Source: Syntrophorhabdaceae bacterium (lineage in GTDB: Bacteria > Desulfobacterota > Syntrophorhabdia > Syntrophorhabdales > Syntrophorhabdaceae). Taken from it: DNA of 64,000 bases. This document shows, piece by piece, positions 47,607 through 57,392 of this stretch. The translations under genes and the position numbers were made by a program. Location of the stretch: the NCBI GenBank assembly GCA_963665295.1, contig OY762209.1, forward strand, positions 1,824,001 to 1,888,000. Reading direction: 5' to 3'. Each line of letters opens with the position of its first letter. Positions within the stretch are counted from its first letter, which is position 1. The notes under the pieces are model-generated. The model was not told where the DNA came from, ran no database searches, and worked only from the letters and a program-made list of their open reading frames with translations.

Positions 47607-50096
47607 TTAAGGTAGACAACACTTCTTGTATTTCTTCCCACTGCCGCAAGGACATGGATCATTTCTGCCTATTCCGCCGCGGTTCTGCATGGCTTTCTCT
47701 ATCCTTTTTCTTCTTAAACTCTCTGCTCGAATTTTCAGTCGTTCAAGCTTTGCATCAGGAATATCTTCAAGGCTAATAAAATCAAAATCGACAGCAATGA
47801 GATCTCGCGCTAAATTAAAGGTTAGTTCGACTAGTAGCCGTTCTTGATCTCCGGTAACCAGCATGGCCGTCTGTACGTGTTCTAATGCAAGTCTCTTATC
47901 TCGTTCTAATAACTGCTCTTGCCAGCAAAACACCGTAATCTTTACGTCGCCATAGGTTGAGAGTGCTCTTGCCCGACCTGATACTGATTGTTCTTTCAAC
48001 ACCTCATCTATTCCCGACCAAATAGTAGTTCGCCATGATCCCTCACAATCGAGAAGCATGCTTGATACCTTTCTTCGGTAGCTTTGAGTACTTGTTGACA
48101 AAAAATCTATGATCTCTTTTAGGCGGACAGGTAGCTCCTGCCTAAGAGAGCATGTTGCGTCTGGATCATGTAGTTTATGGGTAAAATAATGGTCGATATC
48201 TACTCGATATCCGTTCCACAACAATTCTCGGTCAAAACCAAACTGTTTTACGTATTCGGTGTAAATATTATGTTTGAGGTATAAACCGAGATGATCAAGT
48301 TCATCTTCCGTTTTAATCAAATTCGATTGAAATGCCCGTACCCTTTGTTCAACAAAATGCAAGAAAATAAGAGGGTTATCAAAGATGTCGGTGTAAACTC
48401 GTAAATCGTCTATTGAGATTGACCATTGAGGATATTGACCCACATTTACGCCAATCTTCTTTAGATGCTGCGCCTGTGAAGCAAGCTCAGTAAACGCGTC
48501 AAGCGTAACTGCACATACCGTAACGTGCTCAAACTCATTTCTCGCGATTGTTCCGATAAAATCATGGTTTTTGTCGAAGAGATCTACTTTGACATCGCTT
48601 TCGAGGTATTCCAAGAAGCGTCCTCCCTGTTCAGCTGGCTTGAAGACCAGATTTCGTAGCGACTCAATATATGCTGAAAAATCCGTCGCAGGGGGCGTAT
48701 ATGTAAATGCTCCGGCCTTTACTTCGACGATAAAGAGATGGTCTTCATAAATTAATATGGCATCTACCTCGCACCACTGTAAACTATTACCGGATCCCGT
48801 GTGCCAACGATAGTATACGGGGCGATAAGTCTGAGCCCCAGGAAGCAGCTTGACAAAAAGCTCTATAGGAATCCGCTCGGATACATCCTGTTGCTTGTTG
48901 TTCCATATTGCCCGATACTCTGGTTTCCTTTTTAATATGATTCGCTGCATAGTTCTATAGAAGTTATCAAAGAGGTTATAAAGTTCAAAACAATAATTTT
49001 GTCCATTGATCTTAATGAAAGGGCGTTTAAAGATGGGCCATATTCGGAGAGGCCATGCTTTGTATTCGCCTTCTGCAAAAAACTCGGTATCTTGTCCTGG
49101 CTCCCACGACAATTCGTTCAGTAGCGCCTCTGGCAGATCTGTGATCTTCGCGAGATTGAATAGATCCAACCCGCAGAGTCTTCCGGACACGTGTTCTCGC
49201 CAATCTTCCCCGTAATTTTCACGGATGATTCGTCGCATGGCGTCAGGAAGGTCCCCTTCTTGATCATTTCCCAACGTCCCTCTTTTTTCCTCCAGTTTGG
49301 CGATTACAACCTCTCGACACTTCACCAATTCTTCCAGTACATTCCCCAAGCCCATTGTCAGCGAATCTTGAATTCGTTGAAGTGCCGAAAGAAGTTTCTC
49401 AACATTGATACCAAACAATTCCTGTAGAATATCGTTGTGGGGTGAAAGGACATCACGGAGAAACGGAATATTGTGTGCGCTGTAGCGATGTCCGCGGATG
49501 TTGCACCAGTAAATTTGAGCTTTGTAAAAATACTCTTCAAAATCAGGGTCATAATCAGGGTCATTCTTACGAGCGACAGCCGTACGACAAATTTGGTAAT
49601 CCATGTTTAGTTTGGAAAACAAACCGCCTACTAACGCTCTAGTCTCTTCCCACTGTTCTTCGGTTACTGCCTCTTCAATGACTTCGGCTGGCTGTGCCGA
49701 GGCTATGATGCTTTGCAAATAATCCACCATTCTAAGAGAGAGTGCGCCATCTTGGTCAATATCGCTTTCACTCTTTATGTTGAGATGATGCCCCGCCATT
49801 TCCCAGTAGCCCCTTTTGAGCACTTCATCTGGTGGAAGTTTTCTGACTATCTCAACAATACGGAAAATTGCGTCGTTAATTTCTTGACAAACTTCTGGAA
49901 AATGCTCGATGAGTTTTTCCTGCGCCTCCTCGAACTGTTCGCCGGACATCCGGTTTCTGGCCACCAGCAGAGTGCCGAAACGAGCCATTTCGAATGCCCC
50001 GTGGGAAAAATAGTCGTCAGCGGATACTGGCTTCTTTTTTGCTACGAGTTCCGAAACTCTATGCTTAGCGCGTGCCTTCTTTCCCATGAGTAGCAT
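47607..50096 (-). CDS. NERD/PD-(D/E)xK nuclease-like protein with C-terminal SEC-C motif
   Basis: EVDAILIYEDHLFIVEVKAG and IGRNDPCPCGSGKKYKKCC; AT-rich gene. Confidence 0.85.
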   Translation of the reverse strand: MLLMGKKARAKHRVSELVAKKKPVSADDYFSHGAFEMARFGTLLVARNRMSGEQFEEAQEKLIEHFPEVCQEINDAIFRIVEIVRKLPPDEVLKRGYWEMAGHHLNIKSESDIDQDGALSLRMVDYLQSIIASAQPAEVIEEAVTEEQWEETRALVGGLFSKLNMDYQICRTAVARKNDPDYDPDFEEYFYKAQIYWCNIRGHRYSAHNIPFLRDVLSPHNDILQELFGINVEKLLSALQRIQDSLTMGLGNVLEELVKCREVVIAKLEEKRGTLGNDQEGDLPDAMRRIIRENYGEDWREHVSGRLCGLDLFNLAKITDLPEALLNELSWEPGQDTEFFAEGEYKAWPLRIWPIFKRPFIKINGQNYCFELYNLFDNFYRTMQRIILKRKPEYRAIWNNKQQDVSERIPIELFVKLLPGAQTYRPVYYRWHTGSGNSLQWCEVDAILIYEDHLFIVEVKAGAFTYTPPATDFSAYIESLRNLVFKPAEQGGRFLEYLESDVKVDLFDKNHDFIGTIARNEFEHVTVCAVTLDAFTELASQAQHLKKIGVNVGQYPQWSISIDDLRVYTDIFDNPLIFLHFVEQRVRAFQSNLIKTEDELDHLGLYLKHNIYTEYVKQFGFDRELLWNGYRVDIDHYFTHKLHDPDATCSLRQELPVRLKEIIDFLSTSTQSYRRKVSSMLLDCEGSWRTTIWSGIDEVLKEQSVSGRARALSTYGDVKITVFCWQEQLLERDKRLALEHVQTAMLVTGDQERLLVELTFNLARDLIAVDFDFISLEDIPDAKLERLKIRAESLRRKRIEKAMQNRGGIGRNDPCPCGSGKKYKKCCLP

Positions 50097-50392
50097 TCAC
50101 CGATCTTAGAGATATTGTATAATATTCTTTGACGACATTATAGCAAAGGAAAGAGAGCAACACCCATAGGGGCCCTTCATACAAAGTGAACTTTTGGTCC
50201 TAAAGCCAGTACATGTTACGTTCCTATCATTTTTGTCCTATGGCGCATGTCTCACACCTTTCCTTCGATGATGTGCAACCATTCGAAAAAGGTCCATCAT
50301 CGACTTGTTGTGAAGTTCACGCACAACCCTCTCTTGACCCCGTGGCTCTTTCTGCACGTAATCCGCAGGTTCTCATGAGAAATCATTTTTGT

Positions 50393-51263
50393 TGTCAACG
50401 GTCTTTTCAATTTGAGCCATTTTCGGTCGTCAAGACTGAGCCACCCGCCCTTACGCCCAACTCCTTTTCTTCCACCTCCTGTCCGATCTTTCCCCTAAGC
50501 CTGTAACTGTTTCCTTTCATGTTGATCACCACGCTGTGATGGAGGAGGCGATCAAGGAAGGCGGTTACAATGACCGGGTCCTGGAAGAGCTCCGTCCAGT
50601 CCGAGAAGGCCTTATTGGAGGTAATGATGGTGCTGGCCTTTTCGTACCGGTTGGCGATGAAGCGGAAGAAGAGATTGCATTCTTCCCTGTCGATGGGCGT
50701 ATAACCTACCTCGTCCACGATCACGAGCGCCGACTTGCGGTAGGCCCTCGCTCTTCCCTTGCCGCCGGACGCACGGTCCTTTTTCAACTTCCCGATGAGG
50801 TCCTCCATGGTAGTAAAGTAGATGCTCAATCCTGCCTGGCACGCCTTTACCGCGAGGGATACCGCCAAGTGGGTCTTCCCGATGCCGGGAGGGCCGAGAA
50901 AGATCACATTGTCCTTCTGCCGGACAAAGGTCAGGTCAAAGAGGGCCATGATCTTCTGTCGATCCAATGTGGGTTGGAAGGCGAAGTCGAACTCATCGAT
51001 GCTCTTGACAAAGGGAAGGCCCGATATCTTCAAAGATGTCTCCACTCTCCTTTGCTCCCTTGAGGCGACCTCCTCTTCAAGGAGTTCATCAAGAAATCTG
51101 AGATAACTCTTCCCCTCATCCTCCGATACCCGTATTGCCCTTTCCAGGATGGTGCCCATATGGGAGAGCTTCAGTCGCGTGAGACTCCCCTGAATTCGGT
51201 CAAAGACGAAGGTATCGTTCATATGGCCACCGCATCATAAAAAGACGGGGACCGTACTTCCAG
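50393..51263 (-). mobile_element. Truncated IS21-family element (right end, istB and last 14 codons of istA)
   Basis: Terminal TGTCAACG...TTGAGCCA...CTGAGCCA at 50393-50444; istA tail LEVRSPSFYDAVAI* overlaps the istB ATG; the rest of istA is absent. Confidence 0.85.
50407..51222 (-). CDS. istB: IS21 helper ATPase IstB
   Basis: FDF.FQP, GPPGIGKTHLA, IVDEVGY, RYEK.STIITSNK.F..W...F.D.....A.LDRLLHH, G.SYR. Confidence 0.95.
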   Translation of the reverse strand: MNDTFVFDRIQGSLTRLKLSHMGTILERAIRVSEDEGKSYLRFLDELLEEEVASREQRRVETSLKISGLPFVKSIDEFDFAFQPTLDRQKIMALFDLTFVRQKDNVIFLGPPGIGKTHLAVSLAVKACQAGLSIYFTTMEDLIGKLKKDRASGGKGRARAYRKSALVIVDEVGYTPIDREECNLFFRFIANRYEKASTIITSNKAFSDWTELFQDPVIVTAFLDRLLHHSVVINMKGNSYRLRGKIGQEVEEKELGVRAGGSVLTTENGSN

Positions 51264-51303
51264 GAGGCTATAGGGACGTCCAAGGAGGCTATAGGGACGT
51301 CCA
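51262..51303. repeat. Perfect 21-bp tandem duplication at the istA breakpoint
   Basis: AGGAGGCTATAGGGACGTCCA at 51262-51282 and 51283-51303. Confidence 0.9.
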
Positions 51304-51660
51304 TGAAAGGATTAAATTGTCTGCGGTTTGCAGAAAAACAAAGGTTTAGGCGTTGAAGAAATCCTTAATGATGCCACCCTTTAACTGTTTCTTCTCGTAA
51401 ATCATTGCCGAGTCAAAGCAGTCCGTGCTCGACTTATAGGTCAAGTTCACACTAAAGCCCTGTCTCGGCCCCTTAACGCTTTCTATGAGGGGCTACCGGG
51501 ACGTCCTTCAAGGATGTCCCCATTGATTGAACAAGTAAGCGGGAAACCGTGAATGTCAATATTTCACCGCCGCCCCGTCCCCATTAGATCCTGAAGTCAG
51601 GGGTCAAGAAGTCCGCCGTCGATCATTGCGATATCCTGAGAGAGAAGATAAGCCCCGCCC

Positions 51661-51725
51661 CAGTCCGGCTCTATGAGGAGATCAACAAAGAATAGAGCCG
51701 GACTGCGGTTTTGCTTGCCTTTTTT
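51661..51725 (+). terminator. Terminator-like hairpin in the leader of the S8 peptidase gene
   Basis: 14-bp perfect inverted repeat CAGTCCGGCTCTAT / ATAGAGCCGGACTG followed by T-rich sequence, about 75 nt before the ATG. Confidence 0.5.
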
Positions 51726-51779
51726 CCCCGATTCGGACCATAATAATCCAAAAATAAGACCGAAGAGCGAGGTATTTTT

Positions 51780-54146
51780 ATGAAAACGTCGGTATCGCAG
51801 GTGACTTGCCACGCTATTCTCCTGGCTGTCCTTACTCTGGCGCTGGTGTGCTTTATCCATCCCCCGGTTGCGGGAGCCGCCGATCGAGGCGTGGAGAAGA
51901 CGGTGGGGAGGAGCACCTATCCGGCGCTCCTTGCGAGGGCCGAAAGCGACGGCTCGGCGAGGGTCATCGTAAAAGTGGGCATCGATTTCAGGGCAGAGCC
52001 GGTTCTTGCCGGAGAGCAGATGGCCGCACAGAGGGCCGCGACCCTCATGGCCCAAAACCGGCTTATCTCGGAGCTTGAGACGAAGGGCGTCGCGCCTTCC
52101 GCCTTTTATCGTTACAAATACATACCTTTTATGGCCATGACCGTGAGCGCCGCCGGCCTGAAGGCTCTTGCCGCTTCGGCCAATGCCCTGCTCATTCAGG
52201 AGGACGCGGTTTCCCTGCCTGACGAAGACCCCACACCGGGTTGGAGCATCCCCCTTATCGGCGCAGAGGCGATGCAGAACGCCGGCATAACGGGCGCGGG
52301 CATGACCGTTGCAGTGGTCGATACGGGCGTTGACAAGACCCATCCCTATCTTACCGGTGCGGTTACCTCCGAGGCATGTTACTCCACCAATGACAGGCAG
52401 CACAAGCAGTCCTCTCTCTGTCCCGGGGGAGTTTCCTCCTCCACGGCCGCAGGCTCCGCAATGCCTTACGGGGGATCGTGCCCCACGTCCACCGTGCCCG
52501 GTCAGGGAAAGTGCGACCATGGCACCCACGTGGCGGGAATCGTTGCCGGACGGAGCGGTATCGCCGGAAGCCCGGGACCGGGTGTGGCCCCGGCGGCCAA
52601 CATTATCGCCATACAGGTTTTCACTTACTCTGAGCGGGCCCAGGACTGCGACTCAAACGGGCCTCCGTGCGTCACGGCAAACGACTCCGACATTATCAAG
52701 GCCCTGGAGAGGGTCTACGAACTTCAAGAGGGCGGCCTTACCATCGCTTCCGTCAACATGAGCCTCGGAGGCGGTCAGTATGGCGAGAACTGCGACAGTC
52801 AGGCAGCTTCGAAAACTATCGTCGATATGCTGAGGGCGGCGAATATCGCCACCGTGGCATCATCGGGCAACAACGGGTATTGCGGCGCCATAGGCAGTCC
52901 CGCGTGTATTTCGTCGGTGGTCAGCGTGGGCGCAACCGATTCGAACGATAATGTAGCCCCCTATTCAAACAGCGCGCCCTTCATGAGCCTTCTGGCCCCG
53001 GGCTCGGCAATCACGTCGTCCATACCGGAGGTGGAGGACACGTGGTATGCCTCCTGGAACGGCACGTCCATGGCCGCCCCGCACGTGGCGGGCATTTGGG
53101 CGTTGATGAGGCAGCAGACACCCGCGGCCACGGTGAGCGACATTTTGAGCGCCCTTACGTCCACGGGGGCCTCGGTGACCGATTCGTCATGCAGCCCGGT
53201 GACGAAAAAGAGGGTGAACGTGAGCGAAGCCTCCGCCCTGCTCCAAAACGGGGCAGCCCTCTCAGTTACCATCGGGGGAAAAGGCCAGGGCACGGTCTCA
53301 GCCGACGGCCTCACGTGCGCGGGCAGCGCGAGTTGCTCGGGAACCTACGTGACCGGGACCACCGTGACCCTCACCGCCCAACCCAATTTCAAGTACGCCT
53401 TCGACGCGTGGACGGGCTGTACCACCACGACAGACAATACGTGCACCATAGTCATGGATAGCGGCAAGACCGTGACCGCGTCCTTCGGGCTTCTTCCCGT
53501 AATGAACGTGACGCCCCAATCCTTGAACTTCGGCTCCGTGAAAAAAGGGATTCGTTCGGATAAACAAATCACCGTCAAGAATACAGGACCCACCGGAGCC
53601 GCCCACCTTACGGTCGGCACTGTCGATATATCAGTCCCCTCGGATTTTGCGGTGACCGGCACCACCTGCGCCACGCCCCTTGCAAAAGGGGAATCGTGCA
53701 CCATAACCATCGGCCTTACCTCCTCGTCCTACGGGGCAAAGAGCGGCCTGGCAAGGGTGGCCTCCAATGACCCCAAGCGATCCCCCATAGGCGTGAAACT
53801 CGCGGGGAACGCCGCACCTCCCGTCATCTCCGTGCCGGGCAACACAAACCTGGGTTCCATCACGGTGGGGCAGACAAGCGAGGCGAAACAGATATATGTG
53901 AGGAACACGGGACTTTCCCCCCTCACCTTCACCTTTATCGGGCTTGCCGACAAGAGCGGCCCCTTTGCCCTGGTCTTCGACGGGTGCACGGGCCAGAGCG
54001 TTGCCAAGGGTGACTATTGCCCCGTGGCAGTCACTTTCACCCCTACCGCTGCCGGCACCGCGACAGGCCACCTGATCATCCAGTCCAACGACCCCAACCC
54101 GTCAAGGGCCACGCTCGTGAGGCAGCTAAGCGGTCGGGGGAAGTAA
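51780..54146 (+). CDS. Secreted S8 (subtilisin) serine peptidase with an InlB-B-like repeat and two choice-of-anchor-D/ASH domains
   Basis: VAVVDTG, DHGTHVAGI, SSGN, GTSMAAPHVAG catalytic motifs; signal and propeptide; C-terminal NFG.V..KNTG..SNDP domains. Confidence 0.92.
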   Translation: MKTSVSQVTCHAILLAVLTLALVCFIHPPVAGAADRGVEKTVGRSTYPALLARAESDGSARVIVKVGIDFRAEPVLAGEQMAAQRAATLMAQNRLISELETKGVAPSAFYRYKYIPFMAMTVSAAGLKALAASANALLIQEDAVSLPDEDPTPGWSIPLIGAEAMQNAGITGAGMTVAVVDTGVDKTHPYLTGAVTSEACYSTNDRQHKQSSLCPGGVSSSTAAGSAMPYGGSCPTSTVPGQGKCDHGTHVAGIVAGRSGIAGSPGPGVAPAANIIAIQVFTYSERAQDCDSNGPPCVTANDSDIIKALERVYELQEGGLTIASVNMSLGGGQYGENCDSQAASKTIVDMLRAANIATVASSGNNGYCGAIGSPACISSVVSVGATDSNDNVAPYSNSAPFMSLLAPGSAITSSIPEVEDTWYASWNGTSMAAPHVAGIWALMRQQTPAATVSDILSALTSTGASVTDSSCSPVTKKRVNVSEASALLQNGAALSVTIGGKGQGTVSADGLTCAGSASCSGTYVTGTTVTLTAQPNFKYAFDAWTGCTTTTDNTCTIVMDSGKTVTASFGLLPVMNVTPQSLNFGSVKKGIRSDKQITVKNTGPTGAAHLTVGTVDISVPSDFAVTGTTCATPLAKGESCTITIGLTSSSYGAKSGLARVASNDPKRSPIGVKLAGNAAPPVISVPGNTNLGSITVGQTSEAKQIYVRNTGLSPLTFTFIGLADKSGPFALVFDGCTGQSVAKGDYCPVAVTFTPTAAGTATGHLIIQSNDPNPSRATLVRQLSGRGK

Positions 54147-54177
54147 TAGGGGCTTCTATAAGGGTATTTAAGGAGGT

Positions 54178-54226
54178 CATCCGCAGGGACCCGGACCACT
54201 GTGGCCGGTCGGGGTCCCTGCGGATG
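54178..54226. terminator. Hairpin downstream of the S8 gene
   Basis: 15-bp perfect inverted repeat CATCCGCAGGGACCC / GGGTCCCTGCGGATG. Confidence 0.55.
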
Positions 54227-54456
54227 GCTCGCAAGCTATGACAGAGCAAGAGCCTTCACTTAGCCGGAAGGGTGGAATTGACACAAAGGGCCTATCTGTG
54301 GCGCCATGCTGCGCCGGTGTCCTCTGACGTGCGGCAAGTACGTCGCTTAGAAGCACCTGCCGTTGGCCGGCACCGCATCTGATACATACCTCTGACCCCG
54401 TGAATCTGCACTCCCTGGGGAGCCCGACCTCCTGACTCTTTCCCAGCCTACGACGT

Positions 54457-54645
54457 ATGACAATACGTTGCCTGGAAGTAGTGAATAGAGAATTGGCGAT
54501 GGAGTTCGGCCGGGGCTTCTCTGAAAAGAACCTCCGGCACATGATCCGTTTTGCAGAAGTCTTTCCCGATGAGGAGATTCTCTCCGCACTGCGGAGAGAA
54601 TTGAACCGGACCCACCTGAAGAAGATCATATGCCCTTGGTGGTGA
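54457..54645 (+). pseudogene. DUF1016 (YhcG) N-terminal fragment
   Basis: L..EFGRGFSEKNLRHMIRFAEVFPDEEILSALRREL..TH...I; truncated at both ends. Confidence 0.8.
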
Positions 54646-54735
54646 TACTGTCATTCACTTCTGCACGTAATAAACAGTCAGCCGCCGTAATGTTATAGCT
54701 CAACAGCAATGAACTTGGATGCTTCCCCCGCCGCC

Positions 54736-56196
54736 TCAATCTGCCATCCAGCTACCTCCTAAGGACTTAATGAGGGCTATGACCGACACGAGTTGTTGAC
54801 CGCGCAGGCGCATGGCCGTCCGGTCGATTCCCAGGGTGACATTCTCCGCCGTTGCCACATCGAGATAAGTGACGAGACCTGCCTCATAGCGGTTATTGGC
54901 AACTTCCAGTTGCCTTCGCCCCGATTTTGACGCTGCCACGACCCTCTCATGCTGGTTGGCAAGCAGATATTCAGCCGAGAGGTTGTTTTCAACGTCCGCG
55001 AAGGCACTGAGCACCGTCTGGCGGTATTTGGCAACCGCCTCCTCATAGGCTGCCCTAGCCTGGTCGAGCCCGGCGACAAGCTGGCCGCCTTGGAAGAGCG
55101 GGAGCGTGATTGACGGCGCGACGGTCCAGAACCTGCTCTGCCAGTCGAGGAGGTTGCTCGTTGTCCCGCTCTGATATCCTGTCTGGGCGCCAAATCTGAT
55201 GGTCGGGAAAAATGCTGCCGTTGCCACTCCGATACTTGCGTTGGCGGCAGCCATGCGCCGCTCAGCGGCGGCAATATCGGGCCTGCGCTCGAGCAACTCG
55301 GAAGGCAAATTGGGTGGGAGTATCACCGGTTTCAGATCAAGGGGCCGCTCTGATACCCTGAAAAACGATGCATTTTGTCCGGTGAGCACGGCGAGCGCAT
55401 GTTCGAACTTCGCCCTTTGCAGGGCGGTATCGGGGAGTTGGGACTCTGTGTTCCTGAGAACCGTTTCCGCCTGTGCCACATCGAGATCCGACACCATGCC
55501 CCCCGCCCTCCGATTCGAAACGAGCTCGAACGATTTACGGAAGACCTCGATGCTCCTGAGGAGCAAATCCTTATCCCCGTCTAGGGCTCGGATTGCGAAA
55601 TAATCTGCCGCGACTTCCGCCTGAATGGCCAGCTTCACCGCCTCCACATCGTCGGCGCTCGCCTGCACCTGGGCCGTCGCGGACTCGACGAGGCGCCTTA
55701 CTCGCCCCCAGAGATCGACCTCATAACTCAGGTCAAAAAGAACGGTATCTGTATTGTACGTTTGGCCCGGGTGGCCCCCGGCAGGACGGTTCAGCGAGTC
55801 AAGCTGCCTCACCGGGAGATAAGAGCCGGATAGTTTCGGGAAAAGATTCGCCTGCGTCACGTTGGCGGCAGCGCGAGCCTGGTTGAACCTGGCGTAGGCA
55901 GCCTTCAGGTCCTGGTTGGCCGCGGCTGCGGCCTCTTCCAGTTTATTCAGCTCGAGGTCGCCGAACACTTCCCACCATTTGCCCTTGGGAATATGCGCCT
56001 GGGGCACGGCGATCTTCCATTCATCGGACACTCCGGTGTATCCTTCAGGGATCTCCGTTGCATCGGGGCGCACGTAGTCGGGCCCCACGGCGCAGGCCGC
56101 AAGCGCCATCGCCAAAAGAAATAGTGCGAGCACCGAAATCACCAGACTGTGGCGGTCTGCTATCCGGAGAGACGGGAGTGAACGAATCGTCTTCAT
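54736..56196 (-). CDS. RND outer membrane lipoprotein (NodT family)
   Basis: LAAC lipobox, WWEVFGD..LN.L, YEVDLWGRVRR, LLERRPDIAAAERRMAAANA.IGVA.AAFFP, LIKSLGG. Confidence 0.92.
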   Translation of the reverse strand: MKTIRSLPSLRIADRHSLVISVLALFLLAMALAACAVGPDYVRPDATEIPEGYTGVSDEWKIAVPQAHIPKGKWWEVFGDLELNKLEEAAAAANQDLKAAYARFNQARAAANVTQANLFPKLSGSYLPVRQLDSLNRPAGGHPGQTYNTDTVLFDLSYEVDLWGRVRRLVESATAQVQASADDVEAVKLAIQAEVAADYFAIRALDGDKDLLLRSIEVFRKSFELVSNRRAGGMVSDLDVAQAETVLRNTESQLPDTALQRAKFEHALAVLTGQNASFFRVSERPLDLKPVILPPNLPSELLERRPDIAAAERRMAAANASIGVATAAFFPTIRFGAQTGYQSGTTSNLLDWQSRFWTVAPSITLPLFQGGQLVAGLDQARAAYEEAVAKYRQTVLSAFADVENNLSAEYLLANQHERVVAASKSGRRQLEVANNRYEAGLVTYLDVATAENVTLGIDRTAMRLRGQQLVSVIALIKSLGGSWMAD

Positions 56197-57392
56197 TTGC
56201 CCTTCTCCTTTTTCGCGGCCGGCGCCACGGACACGGCAGCACCGGTGGAAAGCGAATCAGAAGGATTCAATATAACCCGGTCGCTCGGCCCCACGCCCAC
56301 GAGCACTTCAATGGTCTGACCGAAATCCCGTCCCAGCTTCACGTTCCGAAGCTCCACCTTCCCGTCGGCCTTCACCACACCGACCTGAGGCCCTTCCGGC
56401 CGGAACAGCACCGTATTAGCAGGGAGGGTGAGGACGGGCTCACTCTTCGCATCGGTAAACCGTACCTGGGCATACCCGCCCGCAATGATCTCCTCCTTCG
56501 GGTTATCAAGCTCTAGCTCTATGAGGAGCGTCCTGGAGTCGGCGGCCATGACACCGGCCGTACGGATCACTCGGGGTTTAAATGTCCGGTCAGGGAACTC
56601 TGACACGGTCAGCTCTGCGCTCTGGCCGGTTCGGATGCTCCGGGCCATTGACTGGGGAACCTGCACGAATATCCGGAGTTTCCCTGTTTGGGCGAGGTGG
56701 AAGATTTCCTTCCCCGCCCCGGCGACGATGAGATCGCCCGAATCGATATTTCGGACCGTGATGGTGCCCGCGAACGGCGCCTTGACCCGTAGGAACGATT
56801 CGAGCCTTTCGAGCCTGCGCACTTCCGAGCGGGCCGATTCGGTACTTGCCGCTTTAAGCTTGAAATCGGCCTGTTTCTCGGCGTTCTCCTGGTCGCTCAC
56901 GCTCGCGGTCTTCACGAGACCCGCCCACCGCTCCGCCGTGATCTTGGCGAGCCCAAGGGCCGCCTCCGCCTGGGCGAGCTGTCCCCGGGCCCGCTCGATC
57001 TCCTGATTGAGCTCCGGCGCGTCGATCTCGGCAAGGAGCTGGCCCTGCTTGACATGACTCCCTATGTCCACGAGCCTTCTTTTAAGATAGCCGTTTGCCC
57101 GTGCATAAATCGGAGCCTCCACAAATGGCTTCACCTCCGCGGGAAGGGGGAGGTGCGACCCTGATTGGCCAGGTTTGGGAGACACCACTACGACCGTAGG
57201 AACGGAAAGTTCCTTCGTTTCCGCGCGCAGCATGGCCCGCTCCCGAAGCCTCGGCACGAGACCTGCCACGACACCAATAATGATCAGGAGCGCGAGAATG
57301 ACCCCGACAAGCATGAACCTGGAGCGTCCCCGACCGGCCGTGTCTCCCGTATTGTGGATGAGATCAAAAGGATTATTTTCTGTTGAATTCAT
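56193..57392 (-). CDS. RND efflux periplasmic adaptor
   Basis: IYARANGYL...VDIG..VK.GQLLAEIDAPE, APF.G.IT.RNID.G, GRDFG; start reassigned to MNSTEN, overlapping the permease stop. Confidence 0.9.
   Translation of the reverse strand: MNSTENNPFDLIHNTGDTAGRGRSRFMLVGVILALLIIIGVVAGLVPRLRERAMLRAETKELSVPTVVVVSPKPGQSGSHLPLPAEVKPFVEAPIYARANGYLKRRLVDIGSHVKQGQLLAEIDAPELNQEIERARGQLAQAEAALGLAKITAERWAGLVKTASVSDQENAEKQADFKLKAASTESARSEVRRLERLESFLRVKAPFAGTITVRNIDSGDLIVAGAGKEIFHLAQTGKLRIFVQVPQSMARSIRTGQSAELTVSEFPDRTFKPRVIRTAGVMAADSRTLLIELELDNPKEEIIAGGYAQVRFTDAKSEPVLTLPANTVLFRPEGPQVGVVKADGKVELRNVKLGRDFGQTIEVLVGVGPSDRVILNPSDSLSTGAAVSVAPAAKKEKGK

Noticed and set aside
47607..50096. secA
   Set aside because: Only the SEC-C tail matches; there are no DEAD-type ATPase motifs.
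51538..51600. c-di-GMP riboswitch (GCGGGAAACCGTGAA)
   Set aside because: Lacks the remaining conserved elements of class I (GCAAA...GACGCAAAGC) or class II (GGGCAC...GTGCAAC) aptamers.
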